Below, piece after piece: positions 29,047 through 40,490 of a stretch of DNA of 64,000 bases. The notes beneath the pieces were generated by a model. It saw nothing but the letters and a program-made list of their open reading frames with translations, had not been told where the DNA came from and ran no database searches. A program made the translations under genes and the position numbers. Each line of letters starts with the position of its first letter. The first letter of the stretch is position 1. Source of the DNA: an uncultured Gemmatimonadales bacterium (GTDB lineage Bacteria > Gemmatimonadota > Gemmatimonadetes > Gemmatimonadales > Gemmatimonadaceae); contig CAVPQB010000006.1 of the NCBI GenBank assembly GCA_963707505.1, positions 288,001 to 352,000 on the forward strand, in the 5' to 3' direction.

Positions 29047-30429
29047 ATGGAAATAGAGTTCTACGGCGCAGCCCGGGAGGTTACCGGGTCGTGCCACATT
29101 CTGCGTGTGAATGGCAAGGTCGTGATTCTGGACTGCGGGATGTTCCAGGGGCGCCGGAGCGAATCCGCCGAGAAGAACAAGACACTGCCCGTGGAGGTAG
29201 CGGAGATCGATGCGGTGGTATTGTCGCATGCGCACATCGATCATTCAGGGCGACTGCCGTATCTGGTCCGAAAGGGCTATTCCAAAACGATATTCGCAAC
29301 GGCGGCGACCCGGGACCTCTGCGCGGTGATGCTGGCCGACTCGGCGCACATACAGGAGAGCGACGCCAAACATCTGGCGAAGAACCACAAGGAGTTCATC
29401 GAGCCGCTATACACGATGCGGGATGCAGTGCGGACGCAGGATCTGATGATCGGCATCCCGTACAACAAGACCTTTGATGTCGTGGCAGGGGTGCGGTGCA
29501 CGTACGTCGATGCCGGACACATTCTGGGCTCGGCGTCGGTGCTGCTGGACATCACAGAGAACGGGAAGACGAAGCGGCTCGTGTTCTCCGGCGATATCGG
29601 CCGGCCGGGTCTGTCGATCATACGTGATCCGGTGGTGCCGCAGGGGGCTGACGTTGTGATCATGGAATCGACTTACGGGAACCGCGATCATGAAACCGTG
29701 GTCGATGCGCGGGCTCAGCTTGCTGCGGTCGTGCGGGATACGGCAGCGCGTGGCGGCCGGGTTCTGATTCCGTCGTTTGCCGTGGGGCGCACGCAGGAGC
29801 TGCTCTACAATCTGAATGGGCTTTCGCGAGAGGGGGCGATTCCAGCGATTCCGATTTACGTGGACAGTCCGCTCGCGACCGACACCACCACCGTGTTCGA
29901 GATGCATCCGGAGGTGTTCGATCACACGGAAGATCTGGTAAACAAGGCCAAGGACCTTTTCCAGTTTCCGCAGGTGCACTTCACGCGGAGCGTGGAAGAG
30001 TCGAAGGCGCTGAACACGGCCCAGGGGCCGATGGTGATCATCGCGGCGTCGGGAATGGTAGAAGCGGGGCGTATCCTGCACCATCTGGTGCAGGGTGCCG
30101 GCGATCCCAAGAACACGATTCTATTCGTGGGTTATCAGGCCGAAGGAACGCTCGGCAGGAGAATCGAGGCGAGCCCCCCGACCGTGCGCATTTATGGGGA
30201 TGATGTTCCGTTGCGGGCCGAGGTGAAGATCATAGACGGATACAGTGCGCACGCCGATCGGACCGAGCTGACGGCGTGGATCGACGGTGTGAAGGCGACA
30301 TCGCCCCAACTGAGCGAAGTGTTTCTCGTGCATGGAGAGGCGGACGTACAGGACATCTTCAAGACAGCGTTAACTGCAAAGGGGTACACTGTAGAATGCC
30401 CGGAACCTCGCACAAAGCGAACGGTCTAA
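29047..30429 (+). CDS. MBL/beta-CASP ribonuclease (YSH1-like)
   Basis: GAAREVTGS, SHAHIDHSG, AGHILGS, MESTYG, GRILHH, YSAHAD. Confidence 0.93.
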   Translation: MEIEFYGAAREVTGSCHILRVNGKVVILDCGMFQGRRSESAEKNKTLPVEVAEIDAVVLSHAHIDHSGRLPYLVRKGYSKTIFATAATRDLCAVMLADSAHIQESDAKHLAKNHKEFIEPLYTMRDAVRTQDLMIGIPYNKTFDVVAGVRCTYVDAGHILGSASVLLDITENGKTKRLVFSGDIGRPGLSIIRDPVVPQGADVVIMESTYGNRDHETVVDARAQLAAVVRDTAARGGRVLIPSFAVGRTQELLYNLNGLSREGAIPAIPIYVDSPLATDTTTVFEMHPEVFDHTEDLVNKAKDLFQFPQVHFTRSVEESKALNTAQGPMVIIAASGMVEAGRILHHLVQGAGDPKNTILFVGYQAEGTLGRRIEASPPTVRIYGDDVPLRAEVKIIDGYSAHADRTELTAWIDGVKATSPQLSEVFLVHGEADVQDIFKTALTAKGYTVECPEPRTKRTV

Positions 30430-30430
30430 C

Positions 30431-31811
30431 ATGGTAAGATCCCGGTACGCCGCTCTGCGGCTGCTCTCTGTGGCTACCGCCTGCAGTCGCGTTTGCGACG
30501 ACTGGCGGTGCGCAATCCATCCCGCGCATTCCATTCGAGAAGTACACGCTGCCGAACGGGTTGGAGGTGATCCTTCATCAGGATCACACGACGCCGATGA
30601 TAGCGGTCGATACGTGGTATCATGTCGGTTCGGGTGATGAGAAGCCAGGTCACACGGGATTCGCACATCTCTTCGAGCATCTGATGTTCATGGGCTCGCA
30701 GCATGTGCCTACCGGACAGTTCGACCAGCTTCTGGAAGCCGCGGGTGCGAACAACAACGGCTCGACCACGGAAGATCGTACGAATTATTACGAAACGATG
30801 CCGTCGAACGCACTCCCCCTGGCACTGTACCTCGATAGTGATAGGATGGGCTTCCTACTTCCGGCTCTGGATAGCGCGAAGGTGGATTTGCAGAGGGACG
30901 TTGTGAAGAATGAACGCCGCCAACGCGTGGACAACGTGCCGTACGGAAAATCGGACGAGACCATTCTGGCAGCGTTATATCCGAAAGGCCATCCGTACTC
31001 ATGGCCCGTAATTGGCTCGATGGCGGATCTCTCGGCGGCGACGCTTGCGGATGTGAAGAATTTCTTCAGGACGTATTACGCACCGAACAACGCGACACTG
31101 GTTATCGCCGGGGATTTCAACATCGATTCGGCGAAGGCGTTGGTGAAGCATTACTTCGGCGATATCCCACGTGGTCCGCAAATTCCGCCGAGGCCATCGC
31201 CGGCGCTGGTTGTGATCCCGCGTGACACATTTCTGGTGTTGCAGGACAGGGTTCAGCTCCCACGGGTGTACTATACCTGGCCGTCGGTGAAAAATTTCGC
31301 ACACGACGATGCAGCGCTGAATGTGCTTGCATCGGTGCTCGCTGACGGCAAGAACTCACGGCTGTACAAGCGACTCGTTTACGACATGCAGATCGCTCAG
31401 GACGTGAATGCATATCAGAACGGTGAGCATCTGGCAGGCTACTTTCAGATCATAGTGACACCAAGAAAGGGAATCGCACCAGCCAGAATCGACTCTCTGG
31501 TTCGTGCGGAGCTCATCAAACTGCAAAAAGACGGAATAACCGCACGCGAGCTGGCGCGTGTGCAGAACTCGACGCGGTCCGACTTTCTCAGATCGCTTGC
31601 CACGGATCTCGGTAAAGCCGAGCTGTTGAATCAATACAATTACTTCGTGGGAGATCCGGACTATGTGCAACGTGACGCAGCCAGATACGACGCTGTGACC
31701 AGAGCCGATGTTCAACGTGTTGCACGGATGTACCTTGGCAAGCCAAAGGTCGTGTTGACGGTTGTGCCGGACGGGATGACAGCACTGATGGTCAAGGGAG
31801 GCTCCAGATGA
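30431..31811 (+). CDS. M16B peptidase catalytic subunit, exported; apparent frameshift near 30480
   Basis: HLFEH (HxxEH), NERRQR; signal peptide from ATG 30431 joins AQSIPRIPFEKYTLPNG if one C is removed. Confidence 0.88.
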
Positions 31812-33256
31812 GATATCGTGTCTCGGGCACCATCGCAGGAGCGATACTGGTGGTGCTTGCAGCGCCGGTGACGCTGACGGCTCAGGCGCCGGTCGATCGT
31901 AGCAAGCCGCCGGAGCTCGGTCCTCCACCGGCGTTGCACATACCGCCTGTCGTGGTGCGTGAGCTTGCGAACGGGCTCAAGCTAATGGTTGTCGAGCGTC
32001 ACAATCTGCCAGTAGCCGATTTCGTTCTCGTGATTCCTTCCGGGGCGACTGCGAACCCTGCGGACCGGGCCGGTGCTGCGGATCTCGTCGCGAACATGCT
32101 GACGGAAGGGACGACCAGTCGCAGCGCGCTGCAGATCGCGGATCAAACCGCTTATCTGGGCATCTCGTTATTCAGCTCGAGCGGATGGGACGCGACTACG
32201 GTTCGACTGTCGACACCGACGGCGCAACTGGACAGTGCGCTGGCGTTGTTTGCCGATGTGGTGCTGCGTCCTTCGTTCCCACCGACCGAGTTTGCGCGTG
32301 TGAAGCAGGAGCGGCTCACCGCGCTGCTCCAGGTAAAGGACAGAGGTCCAGCTATAGCGAGCCTGGTGTATCCAACGCTTCTGTACGGAAAGGACAATCC
32401 TTACGGTCGCTCGGCGGTAGGCACTGATGCGTCGGTTGGCGCAATGACTGCGACGGATCTCAGCACTTTCTACCATCGGCATTTCGCTCCGAACGGTGCA
32501 ACGCTCGTAGCTGTGGGCGATGTGACGCCGGCCGAGGTGGAACGGAAGGTAAGCGCGTTATTCAGCGGATGGGCGCGCGAGACTGTACCGACCACGGATG
32601 TGGGTGCTGGTCTTCCTGCACCGGCGACGACGATTTATCTGATAGACAAGCCGGGCGCTGCGCAGTCGTCGTTCAGGATCGGCTCCCTGGGGGTCGCACG
32701 GTCGACAGCTGACTACTTTCCGATCGAGGTGATGAACACGGCGCTCGGCGGATCATTCACCAGTCGTCTGAACCAGGTGCTACGCGAGGACAAGGGTTAT
32801 ACGTATGGCGCGTCGTCCAGATTCGACATGCGGAAGTATGGCGGGCTGTTCGTCGCATCCGCCGAGATTGTATCGGCAAAGTCGGATTCCGCTCTAGTAG
32901 ATTTCATGAAGCAATTGAAGGGCATTCGCGATACGATCCCGGCGACCGAGCTGAGCAAGACAAAGCGCTACCTCCAACTGGAGCTACCAAGCGCGTTCGA
33001 AACCACGGGCGAGATTGCGATGCGTTTGGGAGACGTCGCGCTATACGGGCTGCCGCTCGACTACTACAATCACGTTGTCGATCAGATCGGTGCAGTTACA
33101 CAGGATGAAGTGCAGCAAGTCGCGGAGAAATACATCGACCCCTCGCATCTGACAGTGTTGATCGTGGGAGACAGAAAAACAATCGAAGGGCCAATCAAAG
33201 CGCTCAACATCGGACCGATCGTATTTCGTGATACGAACGGCAATCCGATTCAATAG
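31808..33256 (+). CDS. M16B peptidase non-catalytic subunit, exported
   Basis: Signal peptide, DRSKPP, SRLNQVLREDKGYTYG (R/Y pair), no HxxEH. Confidence 0.9.
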   Translation: MRYRVSGTIAGAILVVLAAPVTLTAQAPVDRSKPPELGPPPALHIPPVVVRELANGLKLMVVERHNLPVADFVLVIPSGATANPADRAGAADLVANMLTEGTTSRSALQIADQTAYLGISLFSSSGWDATTVRLSTPTAQLDSALALFADVVLRPSFPPTEFARVKQERLTALLQVKDRGPAIASLVYPTLLYGKDNPYGRSAVGTDASVGAMTATDLSTFYHRHFAPNGATLVAVGDVTPAEVERKVSALFSGWARETVPTTDVGAGLPAPATTIYLIDKPGAAQSSFRIGSLGVARSTADYFPIEVMNTALGGSFTSRLNQVLREDKGYTYGASSRFDMRKYGGLFVASAEIVSAKSDSALVDFMKQLKGIRDTIPATELSKTKRYLQLELPSAFETTGEIAMRLGDVALYGLPLDYYNHVVDQIGAVTQDEVQQVAEKYIDPSHLTVLIVGDRKTIEGPIKALNIGPIVFRDTNGNPIQ

Positions 33257-33279
33257 TCAGTGAGTGTCGAGGAGCATAA

Positions 33280-33816
33280 ATGTCGAGGAGAATTGCCTCA
33301 GGGATAGCCGTAATGTCACTGCTCCTGGCGGGGGCGTGTAAGCAGGCTGAGAATTCGCACGCACCGCCGCGAAGCGCATCTGCACCAGCAGGAGCTGTTG
33401 CGGCATCTGGCGACAGTGTGGCGATTCGAACGACGGACGGTGCCATACAGCTCGGGCTGGCGCGCGACACCGTCTACATGGGACTTACGGATTCGGTGCT
33501 AGCTCTGGCGCGGACGGACATGGCGCGCGACACGGAAGAAACCAGGAGCGTCATCGCCGGCACAATCGAGCGATTCGTCAAGAAGCGTGTGAGCTCCGCG
33601 TTGCAGACGCGACTGAAGTATCCGCTTGCCGATCTGGACAGTGTTACCTACAGCGGCGGGGCTATCAAGTTCGCGTATCGGGACAAGCGGCGGATGGGAT
33701 TCGAAGATGTAAGTCAGAACGGTCACAAGGCATTGCAGTCCTTCACTCCGGATGACGCGCGACACTTCGTCAGCGTAGTCAACTCCGCCATTCGTGAGAC
33801 CCGGGGTACCTTCTAA
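33280..33816 (+). CDS. Hypothetical lipoprotein
   Basis: LAGAC lipobox; GGAG SD. Confidence 0.65.
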   Translation: MSRRIASGIAVMSLLLAGACKQAENSHAPPRSASAPAGAVAASGDSVAIRTTDGAIQLGLARDTVYMGLTDSVLALARTDMARDTEETRSVIAGTIERFVKKRVSSALQTRLKYPLADLDSVTYSGGAIKFAYRDKRRMGFEDVSQNGHKALQSFTPDDARHFVSVVNSAIRETRGTF

Positions 33817-34358
33817 TGACATCGATGATTCAGGATATGCGGTACCCGATCGGACGGTTCAAGTACGACGGTGACTCGTCCCGTGAAGCAATAGATCGCT
33901 CGATTGCCGACATCGCCGCATTGCCGGGGCTGCTGCGCGCATCAGTCAATGGATTGAATGCTGATCAACTGAACACGCCATATCGTGAGGGAGGCTGGAC
34001 GGTAACGGAAGTGGTGCATCACGTTCCTGACAGTCACATGAATGCGTACGTACGCTGCAAGCTTGCTCTAACTGAGCAATCACCGACGGTGAAGCCATAT
34101 GACGAGGCTGCCTGGTCCAAGCTTGGCGACGTAAGGGCTGTGCCGATAGACGTATCACTCGTACTCCTCGAAACTCTACACACGCGATGGGTGACGCTAT
34201 TACAGTCCTTATCAGATGCGGAGTTCGAGCGCAGCTACATTCATCCTGAGCAGCAGCGTATGGTGCCACTACGAGAAGTTGTAGCGTTGTATGCGTGGCA
34301 TGGCCGGCATCATACGGCGCACATATCGTCATTGCGAGAGCGAAACGGGTGGGCCTGA
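33816..34358 (+). CDS. YfiT/BstA-family DinB-fold thiol transferase
   Basis: RYPIG, YREGGWT, HHVPDSH, YAWHGRHHTAHI. Confidence 0.9.
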   Translation: MTSMIQDMRYPIGRFKYDGDSSREAIDRSIADIAALPGLLRASVNGLNADQLNTPYREGGWTVTEVVHHVPDSHMNAYVRCKLALTEQSPTVKPYDEAAWSKLGDVRAVPIDVSLVLLETLHTRWVTLLQSLSDAEFERSYIHPEQQRMVPLREVVALYAWHGRHHTAHISSLRERNGWA

Positions 34359-36325
34359 CGCAGCGATTTGCGTTGGCTGTCGTTGCATTACTGTTCGCAA
34401 CGTCCTCGCCCGGTATCGCGCAGGGCATCAAAGTTCCCTCAGTAGCTCCAACTTCAGCTGACGATTCTCTCTATCGCCTCGTGGTCGATCCGGCGACGCA
34501 CGAGGGCGAGACCACACATCCGATTGCAGATCTTACGACGATAACCGTCGAGACCGACGGGCGCGTTCTCAAGACATTCCGACGGGTCATTCAGGTTCTG
34601 ACGGACGCTGGCGCATCACAGTTGCGCGAACAGCAGTTTGGTTACGTGCCAGGACATCAGAGCTTCAACGTGCACTGGATTCGCGTGGTGCGGCCGGATG
34701 GAACAGTCATCAGTGCGGCTCCGACGCAGATTCAGGAGTCCGACGTTCCAGCACCCGTATCGACGGCGCCGATCTACAGTGATCAAAAAATCGTGCGCAT
34801 GTCTCTCTCCGGCGTTGCAGTCGGGACCATTCTGGATGTGGAATTCACGGTCGAGGAACGCAAGCCAGTATTGAAGGATGACTTTGCGCAGACATACGTA
34901 TTCACACCTGGCGTATCGATAGGAAGAGCTCGACTCGTTCTGGATGTGCCGTCTTCGACAAAGCCTCTGATCAGAGAGGAAAATCTCGATTTCAAGCGGA
35001 TCACAAATACATCGGGCGGGCGAACGCGGTATCTGTGGTCCCGCGACACGACGCCAAAGGTTCGCGCGGAGCCGTTCGCCTCCGACTCGAATGGTGTGGT
35101 GATGCGCGTTCGTATCGGTGGTCCGCTAAGCTGGAACGATGTCTCTCACTGGTACGCGGATCTCGCACGTGACCGATACAAGGCGACAGCCACACTCAGC
35201 AGAACTGTGGACTCCCTTGTAGCAGCTGCGAAGACGCGAGACGATTCCATTCGAGCCGTTCACAAATGGGTCGCTCAGGACATCAGATATGTTGGCATAG
35301 AACTCGGAATCGGCGGCTATCAACCGCGAATGCCTGATACTGTGATAGCTACAGGTTACGGTGACTGCAAGGACAAGGCTACGTTGTTCGTCGCAGCACT
35401 AACTCATCTTGGCATACGTGCGTATCCCGTGTTATTGAGCATCAGTGCAACCGCTCAGCGCGATCTGCCGACACCGCAGCAGTTCAATCATGAGATTGCG
35501 GCTGTCGCGCTCATCTCCGGTGGGTATCAGTTTGTAGATCTCACGTCTTCGTTCAACGCGTATGGGGAGTTACCACGCAGCATTCAGGGCGGGTTCGGTC
35601 TCCTGGTTTTCCCTGATGGGCGGAATGAAGAAGTAACGATTCCGGTCGACGCGCCGGCGTCGGATGTTCAGACTACGAGAATCACCGGAACGTTATCAGC
35701 TGATGGGAAATTCGAAGGCCACTATGTAGAAACGGCTGTGGGATCTATCGCGGCTGCAATGCGGGCATCGTTTGCATCACCGCTGGATTCTACACAACGA
35801 GCGGATGCCGCACGCAGGGTTGCACGCAAGTATTTTTCGAACGCTGATGGAGATTCGCTGTTGGCGTTCAACGGGAAGGATTATGCTGCGCCAGCCCACG
35901 TGAGCGTCCGAATTACCAATGCGGACGCGACGACCAAAGCAGGCACGGTGGAGCTGCTGAACAACCCATTCGCCAGTTTCGCAAAAATGACGACGGCGGC
36001 CGACGACATTGCGCGCCTTCCGACTCGGCGTTTCCCGATCGACGCATCGAGGATCGTAGGACGATTGACCGGAATCTCGGAGTTTCGTGTGACACTCCCT
36101 GCGGGCTGGCGCGCTCGCCTTCCAGTCAATGTGTCGGCGACGAGTGTATTCGGCAGCTATACGGCGACATACTCTCAGGACGGCCGCGATCTGGTCATCG
36201 ATCGCCGCATCGTCGGCGGAACGGGAATATTCCCGCCGAGTCGTGTGGATGACCTTGTAGCCTGGTTGCGCGCAATTGGTCGTGATGACACGAAGTTCAT
36301 CGTGCTGGAGAAGCCGACGAACTGA
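34295..36325 (+). CDS. DUF3857 + transglutaminase-like domain protein, exported (start probably near 34349)
   Basis: Signal peptide; IRYVGIELGIGGYQP, GDCKD, FNH..D triad. Confidence 0.85.
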   Translation: MAWPASYGAHIVIARAKRVGLTQRFALAVVALLFATSSPGIAQGIKVPSVAPTSADDSLYRLVVDPATHEGETTHPIADLTTITVETDGRVLKTFRRVIQVLTDAGASQLREQQFGYVPGHQSFNVHWIRVVRPDGTVISAAPTQIQESDVPAPVSTAPIYSDQKIVRMSLSGVAVGTILDVEFTVEERKPVLKDDFAQTYVFTPGVSIGRARLVLDVPSSTKPLIREENLDFKRITNTSGGRTRYLWSRDTTPKVRAEPFASDSNGVVMRVRIGGPLSWNDVSHWYADLARDRYKATATLSRTVDSLVAAAKTRDDSIRAVHKWVAQDIRYVGIELGIGGYQPRMPDTVIATGYGDCKDKATLFVAALTHLGIRAYPVLLSISATAQRDLPTPQQFNHEIAAVALISGGYQFVDLTSSFNAYGELPRSIQGGFGLLVFPDGRNEEVTIPVDAPASDVQTTRITGTLSADGKFEGHYVETAVGSIAAAMRASFASPLDSTQRADAARRVARKYFSNADGDSLLAFNGKDYAAPAHVSVRITNADATTKAGTVELLNNPFASFAKMTTAADDIARLPTRRFPIDASRIVGRLTGISEFRVTLPAGWRARLPVNVSATSVFGSYTATYSQDGRDLVIDRRIVGGTGIFPPSRVDDLVAWLRAIGRDDTKFIVLEKPTN

Positions 36326-36353
36326 AAGATCCGGCTGAACCCCGTATCTCGTC

Positions 36354-37139
36354 TCAGCTGATTTGAGAGACCGGAGGAACGTCCGGCGTGGAGGTGACTT
36401 GTGTGCCTTCCGCAAGGAGAGGGGCGACGAAATTGAAACTGTCCAGGATCAGTTTGCCAACCGGGCCCTGGCTCTGGTCCACGTCGAAGCGCGTGACTGA
36501 GCAATTGGCTACCTCGTTCTCGCGATCGATTTTCAGTATCTCTTCCTCGGTGAGGCTTTCGACGATGTAGCGCATGCAGAGCACCACGACCGAGTGCGCT
36601 ACGACGAGAATGCGTTCGCCATGGTACTCCCGACACATCATCTCGAAGGCGCTTCTCAGCCGTAGAATCACGTCGCACCAACTCTCGCCACCCGGCGGGC
36701 GGTGGTAGAACTTTCCGAGTGATGTACGGAACGCAGCCTGTTCCGGAAAACGCTCGGCGATTCCGTACCGTGTCAGACCATCCAGAATTCCGAACTCCTT
36801 TTCGCGAAAACGCTCATCTACCAGGAGGCTCGTGACGTCACTCGCGTACGGGAAATCGCCCAGCTCCTTGATTATGGCTGTGGTCTGTCGGGCGCGGACG
36901 TAGGGAGAGGTGATGACGACCGTGGGCCGCTGGCTTTCAGGCAGTGCGCCGAACCAGTGGCCGAGCGCCGTGGCCTGACGCTCGCCGAGCGGAGAAAGGG
37001 GGACATCGACATCACGGGATGAGGACCTACGTATGACAGGCTCACGTGCCGCATTTGCCTCATCGCGCGCCACGTTGCCGGCCGATTCGCCGTGTCGCAC
37101 CATGAACAGAGTGCGTGGCCAGACAGATGCATCGGTCAT
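36354..37139 (-). CDS. Histidine phosphatase (phosphoglycerate mutase family)
   Basis: RHGES, SPYVRARQT, PPGGES, VAH. Confidence 0.9.
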   Translation of the reverse strand: MTDASVWPRTLFMVRHGESAGNVARDEANAAREPVIRRSSSRDVDVPLSPLGERQATALGHWFGALPESQRPTVVITSPYVRARQTTAIIKELGDFPYASDVTSLLVDERFREKEFGILDGLTRYGIAERFPEQAAFRTSLGKFYHRPPGGESWCDVILRLRSAFEMMCREYHGERILVVAHSVVVLCMRYIVESLTEEEILKIDRENEVANCSVTRFDVDQSQGPVGKLILDSFNFVAPLLAEGTQVTSTPDVPPVSQIS

Positions 37140-37209
37140 TCTGAAGAGGTTGCCAGGGGAAGAAGTAAGGGTGGATACATTCTATATTACCCGGAAACCA
37201 ATCACTGTC

Positions 37210-38536
37210 ATGCGTATTCCGATAGAGACATTCCGGCTCGGGAACGGTTTACTGGTAACGCTCTCCGAGGATCACACCGCGCCAATCGTAGCGGTGAATT
37301 TGTGGTATCACGTGGGCTCGGCGAATGAGCGTCCCGGGCGTACGGGCTTCGCCCATCTGTTCGAGCACATGTTGTTCCAGGGGTCGGAGCATGTGGGGGC
37401 GAATGAGCATTTCGAGCTGGTGCAACGCGCCGGCGGAACGCTCAATGGATCTACATGGCTGGACCGGACGAACTACTTCGAGACCGTGCCTTCCAATCAG
37501 CTGGCAATAGCGCTGTGGCTCGAGGCGGACCGAATGGGTGCCCTGCTGCCGGCTATGACTCAGCAGAAGCTCGACACACAGCGCGACGTCGTTTCGAATG
37601 AGAGGCGCTGGTCCGTCGACAATCAGCCTTATGGTACGTGGTGGGAAAAACTTCCGGCGCTCACCTACCCCGACCCGCATCCGTTCCATCACTCTCTGAT
37701 CGGATCGTTCGAGGATCTGAATGCCGCGTCGTTGGACGATATCGCGCATTTTTTTGCGACCTACTACACACCAGACAATGCCGTGTTGACCATCGCGGGT
37801 GATTTTGATCCGCGAGAAGCACGCGAGCTGGTGCAGTCGTACTTCGCGGCGATCCCACGCGGCAGGGGCAAGCCTGCGCTTCCGGACATGTCGCTACCAG
37901 CAACATTCGGCGGCACGTTGCGTGAGGTGGTGAAGGATGATGTAAGTCTTCCACGTCTGTACCTGGCTTTCCGTTCGCCGGCATTTGGAAGCAGCGAGTA
38001 TTACGCCGCGTCGGTGGCCGGGGCAATTCTCGGGATGCGTAAGGGGAGCAGATTGCAGCGTGCGCTGGTACGCGAGCGCGAAGTCGCAACTGACGCGGCC
38101 GCGTTCACGTTCGATTTACCGAAGGGCGCCGACATTCTGGTGGTCGATGTCACGGCGCGGCCGGGTATCACGCCGGAGCACCTGGAGCAGGAAGTAGTCG
38201 AGGGAGATCGACCGCATACGATTCGACGGTGTGACGCAGAACGAGGTAGATCGCGCAATCTCGCTCATCGGCACCGATTTCGTGGTGTCGATGCAACAGG
38301 CATCCGAGCGTGCCGATCAACTGTCACGTTTTGCCACGTACTTCGGCGATCCATCGTTCATCAATGATCAGATGAGCCGTTACCGCTCCGTCACCGTGGA
38401 AGATATAGACCGATTCGCTGCAACGCGATTGGGTGAGGATAACCGCGCCTTCCTGATGTATGTACCGCGTGGTGATGGTGAAAATGCAGAGTCGCAAAAC
38501 ACGGTCGGCACCGATGCTGCTCTGGTGACGGCATGA
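37210..38536 (+). CDS. M16B peptidase catalytic subunit, cytoplasmic; apparent frameshift near 38202 (extra G)
   Basis: HLFEH, NERR; GAGGGAGATC read as GAG GAG ATC restores EEIDRIRFDGVTQNEV and joins ORF 38231..38536. Confidence 0.88.
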
Positions 38537-39882
38537 CGATAGCCACACGTCCACAGCCCGGTCCGGCGCGCGAGTATCATTTTCCGTCGTTCGAGCGTCG
38601 CTCGCTATCCAACGGACTCACGCTGCTCGTTGCACCAGCGCATAGCCTGCCCGTAGTCACGGTTCTTGCCATAGTTGACGCAGGCGCTGTTGCGGAGCCA
38701 TCCGGCCAGGAAGGAGTTGCGCATCTCGCAGCGCTCGCGCTCAACGAGGGGACGCCGAAGTATGACGGCGAAGCGCTCACGGAGTATCTGGAGCGACTCG
38801 GTACCTCGGTCGGCGGATCAGCAGGGTGGGATTCGGCGTCACTTGCAATGACGGTATTGCGTGACAATCTCGAAAACGCGTTCGTGCATTTCGCCGAAGT
38901 TCTCGTCACGCCGACATTTCCCACAGCAGCGATCGAGCGACTCAAGGGTGAACGAATTGCCGAGCTGATGCAGATCGAGTCCGAACCGCGCGAGCTTGCC
39001 GATGAGAAATTCGACGAGTACATCTACGAAGTCACATCGCGCTTTCGCCTTCCACTCGGCGGCACGCGGCAATCGGTAAATAGTCTTACGCGTGACGAGG
39101 TTGTAGCGTTTCACGCGTCGAGATATCAGCCATCCGCGACGACGCTGATCGTCGTTGGCGACGTGAACATGACTGAAGTCGAGAGCATGGTAAGCGGCGA
39201 GTTGAATGGTTGGAGTGGAGCTGCAGTGCCGTCGTCGAAAGCGAACGACAGACCTGTTCGAGCGTCGCGCGCTGTAAGGATCGTGCGGAAGGAAGACGCT
39301 CCGCAATCCGAGGTACGTATCGGGCACGTGGGCCTTCCCCGCACTCATCCGGATTATTTCTCGATAACCGTGATGAACGCTGTGATGGGCGGCCTGTTCT
39401 CCTCTCGCATCAATCTCAATCTGCGCGAAGCGCATGGTTACACGTACGGCGCATCGTCATCGTTCGATTGGCGGCGCGAGGCGGGTCCGTTCGTCATCGG
39501 CACCGCAGTCGCCAGCGACGTGACCGTGCCCGCAATTCAGGAGACGCTCAAGGAGATCGATCGAATGCGCGCCGAGCCGATCAGTGAGAGCGAGTTATCA
39601 CTCGCGACAAGCTATCTCGAAGGCGTTTTTCCCATTCGATACGAGACCACCGCCGCCATTGCTGCCGCACTTGCGACACTTGCAATATACGATCTGCCTT
39701 CTGACTGGTACGACAGCTATCGTGCGCGGATGGGTGCTGTGACAGTGGACGATGTGCTAGCGGCTGCCCGTGCCTACGTGCATCCAGATTCGTTGCAGAT
39801 CGTGATTGTAGGCGACGCTGGCGCCATTCGGGAGCCGCTTGAAGCACTCGCGTTCGGTCCTGTAGATGTCGTGAATCCGTAG
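38533..39882 (+). CDS. M16B peptidase non-catalytic subunit, cytoplasmic
   Basis: SRINLNLREAHGYTYG; no HxxEH; ATGA coupling. Confidence 0.9.
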   Translation: MTIATRPQPGPAREYHFPSFERRSLSNGLTLLVAPAHSLPVVTVLAIVDAGAVAEPSGQEGVAHLAALALNEGTPKYDGEALTEYLERLGTSVGGSAGWDSASLAMTVLRDNLENAFVHFAEVLVTPTFPTAAIERLKGERIAELMQIESEPRELADEKFDEYIYEVTSRFRLPLGGTRQSVNSLTRDEVVAFHASRYQPSATTLIVVGDVNMTEVESMVSGELNGWSGAAVPSSKANDRPVRASRAVRIVRKEDAPQSEVRIGHVGLPRTHPDYFSITVMNAVMGGLFSSRINLNLREAHGYTYGASSSFDWRREAGPFVIGTAVASDVTVPAIQETLKEIDRMRAEPISESELSLATSYLEGVFPIRYETTAAIAAALATLAIYDLPSDWYDSYRARMGAVTVDDVLAAARAYVHPDSLQIVIVGDAGAIREPLEALAFGPVDVVNP

Positions 39883-39914
39883 AACGTCAACAGAACGTCA
39901 ACCATCCGATCTCA

Positions 39915-40463
39915 ATGTCCGATCCACTGATTGCATCACACCGCATCTACACCGGCAAGGTGGTATCCCTGGATGTGGATCAGGTTCGCTTTCCCGATGG
40001 GACGACGGGTGAAATGGAGATCATCCGTCATTCCGGTGCGGCTGCGATTCTGCCATTCCTCACCGATCCGGCTGGAGAAGATCCACAGATCATGCTGCTC
40101 AGGCAATACAGATATGCTGCCGGTGGCTATCTGTACGAAGTGCCGGCTGGAAAGCTGGAGAAGGACGAGAGTCCCAAGGATTGTGCCGAGCGCGAATTAC
40201 GTGAAGAGACCGGCTGCAGCGCGCAGCGCATCGAGCCGATGTTCAGCTTCCTAACGACGCCGGGTTTCACGGATGAGGTAATTCACTCATTCATGGCGAC
40301 TGGATTGACGACCGGTGAGAAGCACCTCGAAGCAGACGAGTTCAGCGAGGTCGTGACGTTCAAATTGTCGCAGGCACTGAGGATGATTCAGACCAACGAG
40401 ATCCGCGATGCGAAGACTGCGTTGATAATTCTGTACGCGGCTGGCTTCGGCGCCGAGTTGTAG
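39915..40463 (+). CDS. Nudix hydrolase (ADP-ribose pyrophosphatase NudF-like)
   Basis: QYRY, intact Nudix box GKLEKDESPKDCAERELREETG, TPGFTDE, DAKT. Confidence 0.9.
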   Translation: MSDPLIASHRIYTGKVVSLDVDQVRFPDGTTGEMEIIRHSGAAAILPFLTDPAGEDPQIMLLRQYRYAAGGYLYEVPAGKLEKDESPKDCAERELREETGCSAQRIEPMFSFLTTPGFTDEVIHSFMATGLTTGEKHLEADEFSEVVTFKLSQALRMIQTNEIRDAKTALIILYAAGFGAEL

Positions 40464-40490
40464 TAGAAAGCGCTCAACCCAACATCGCCG

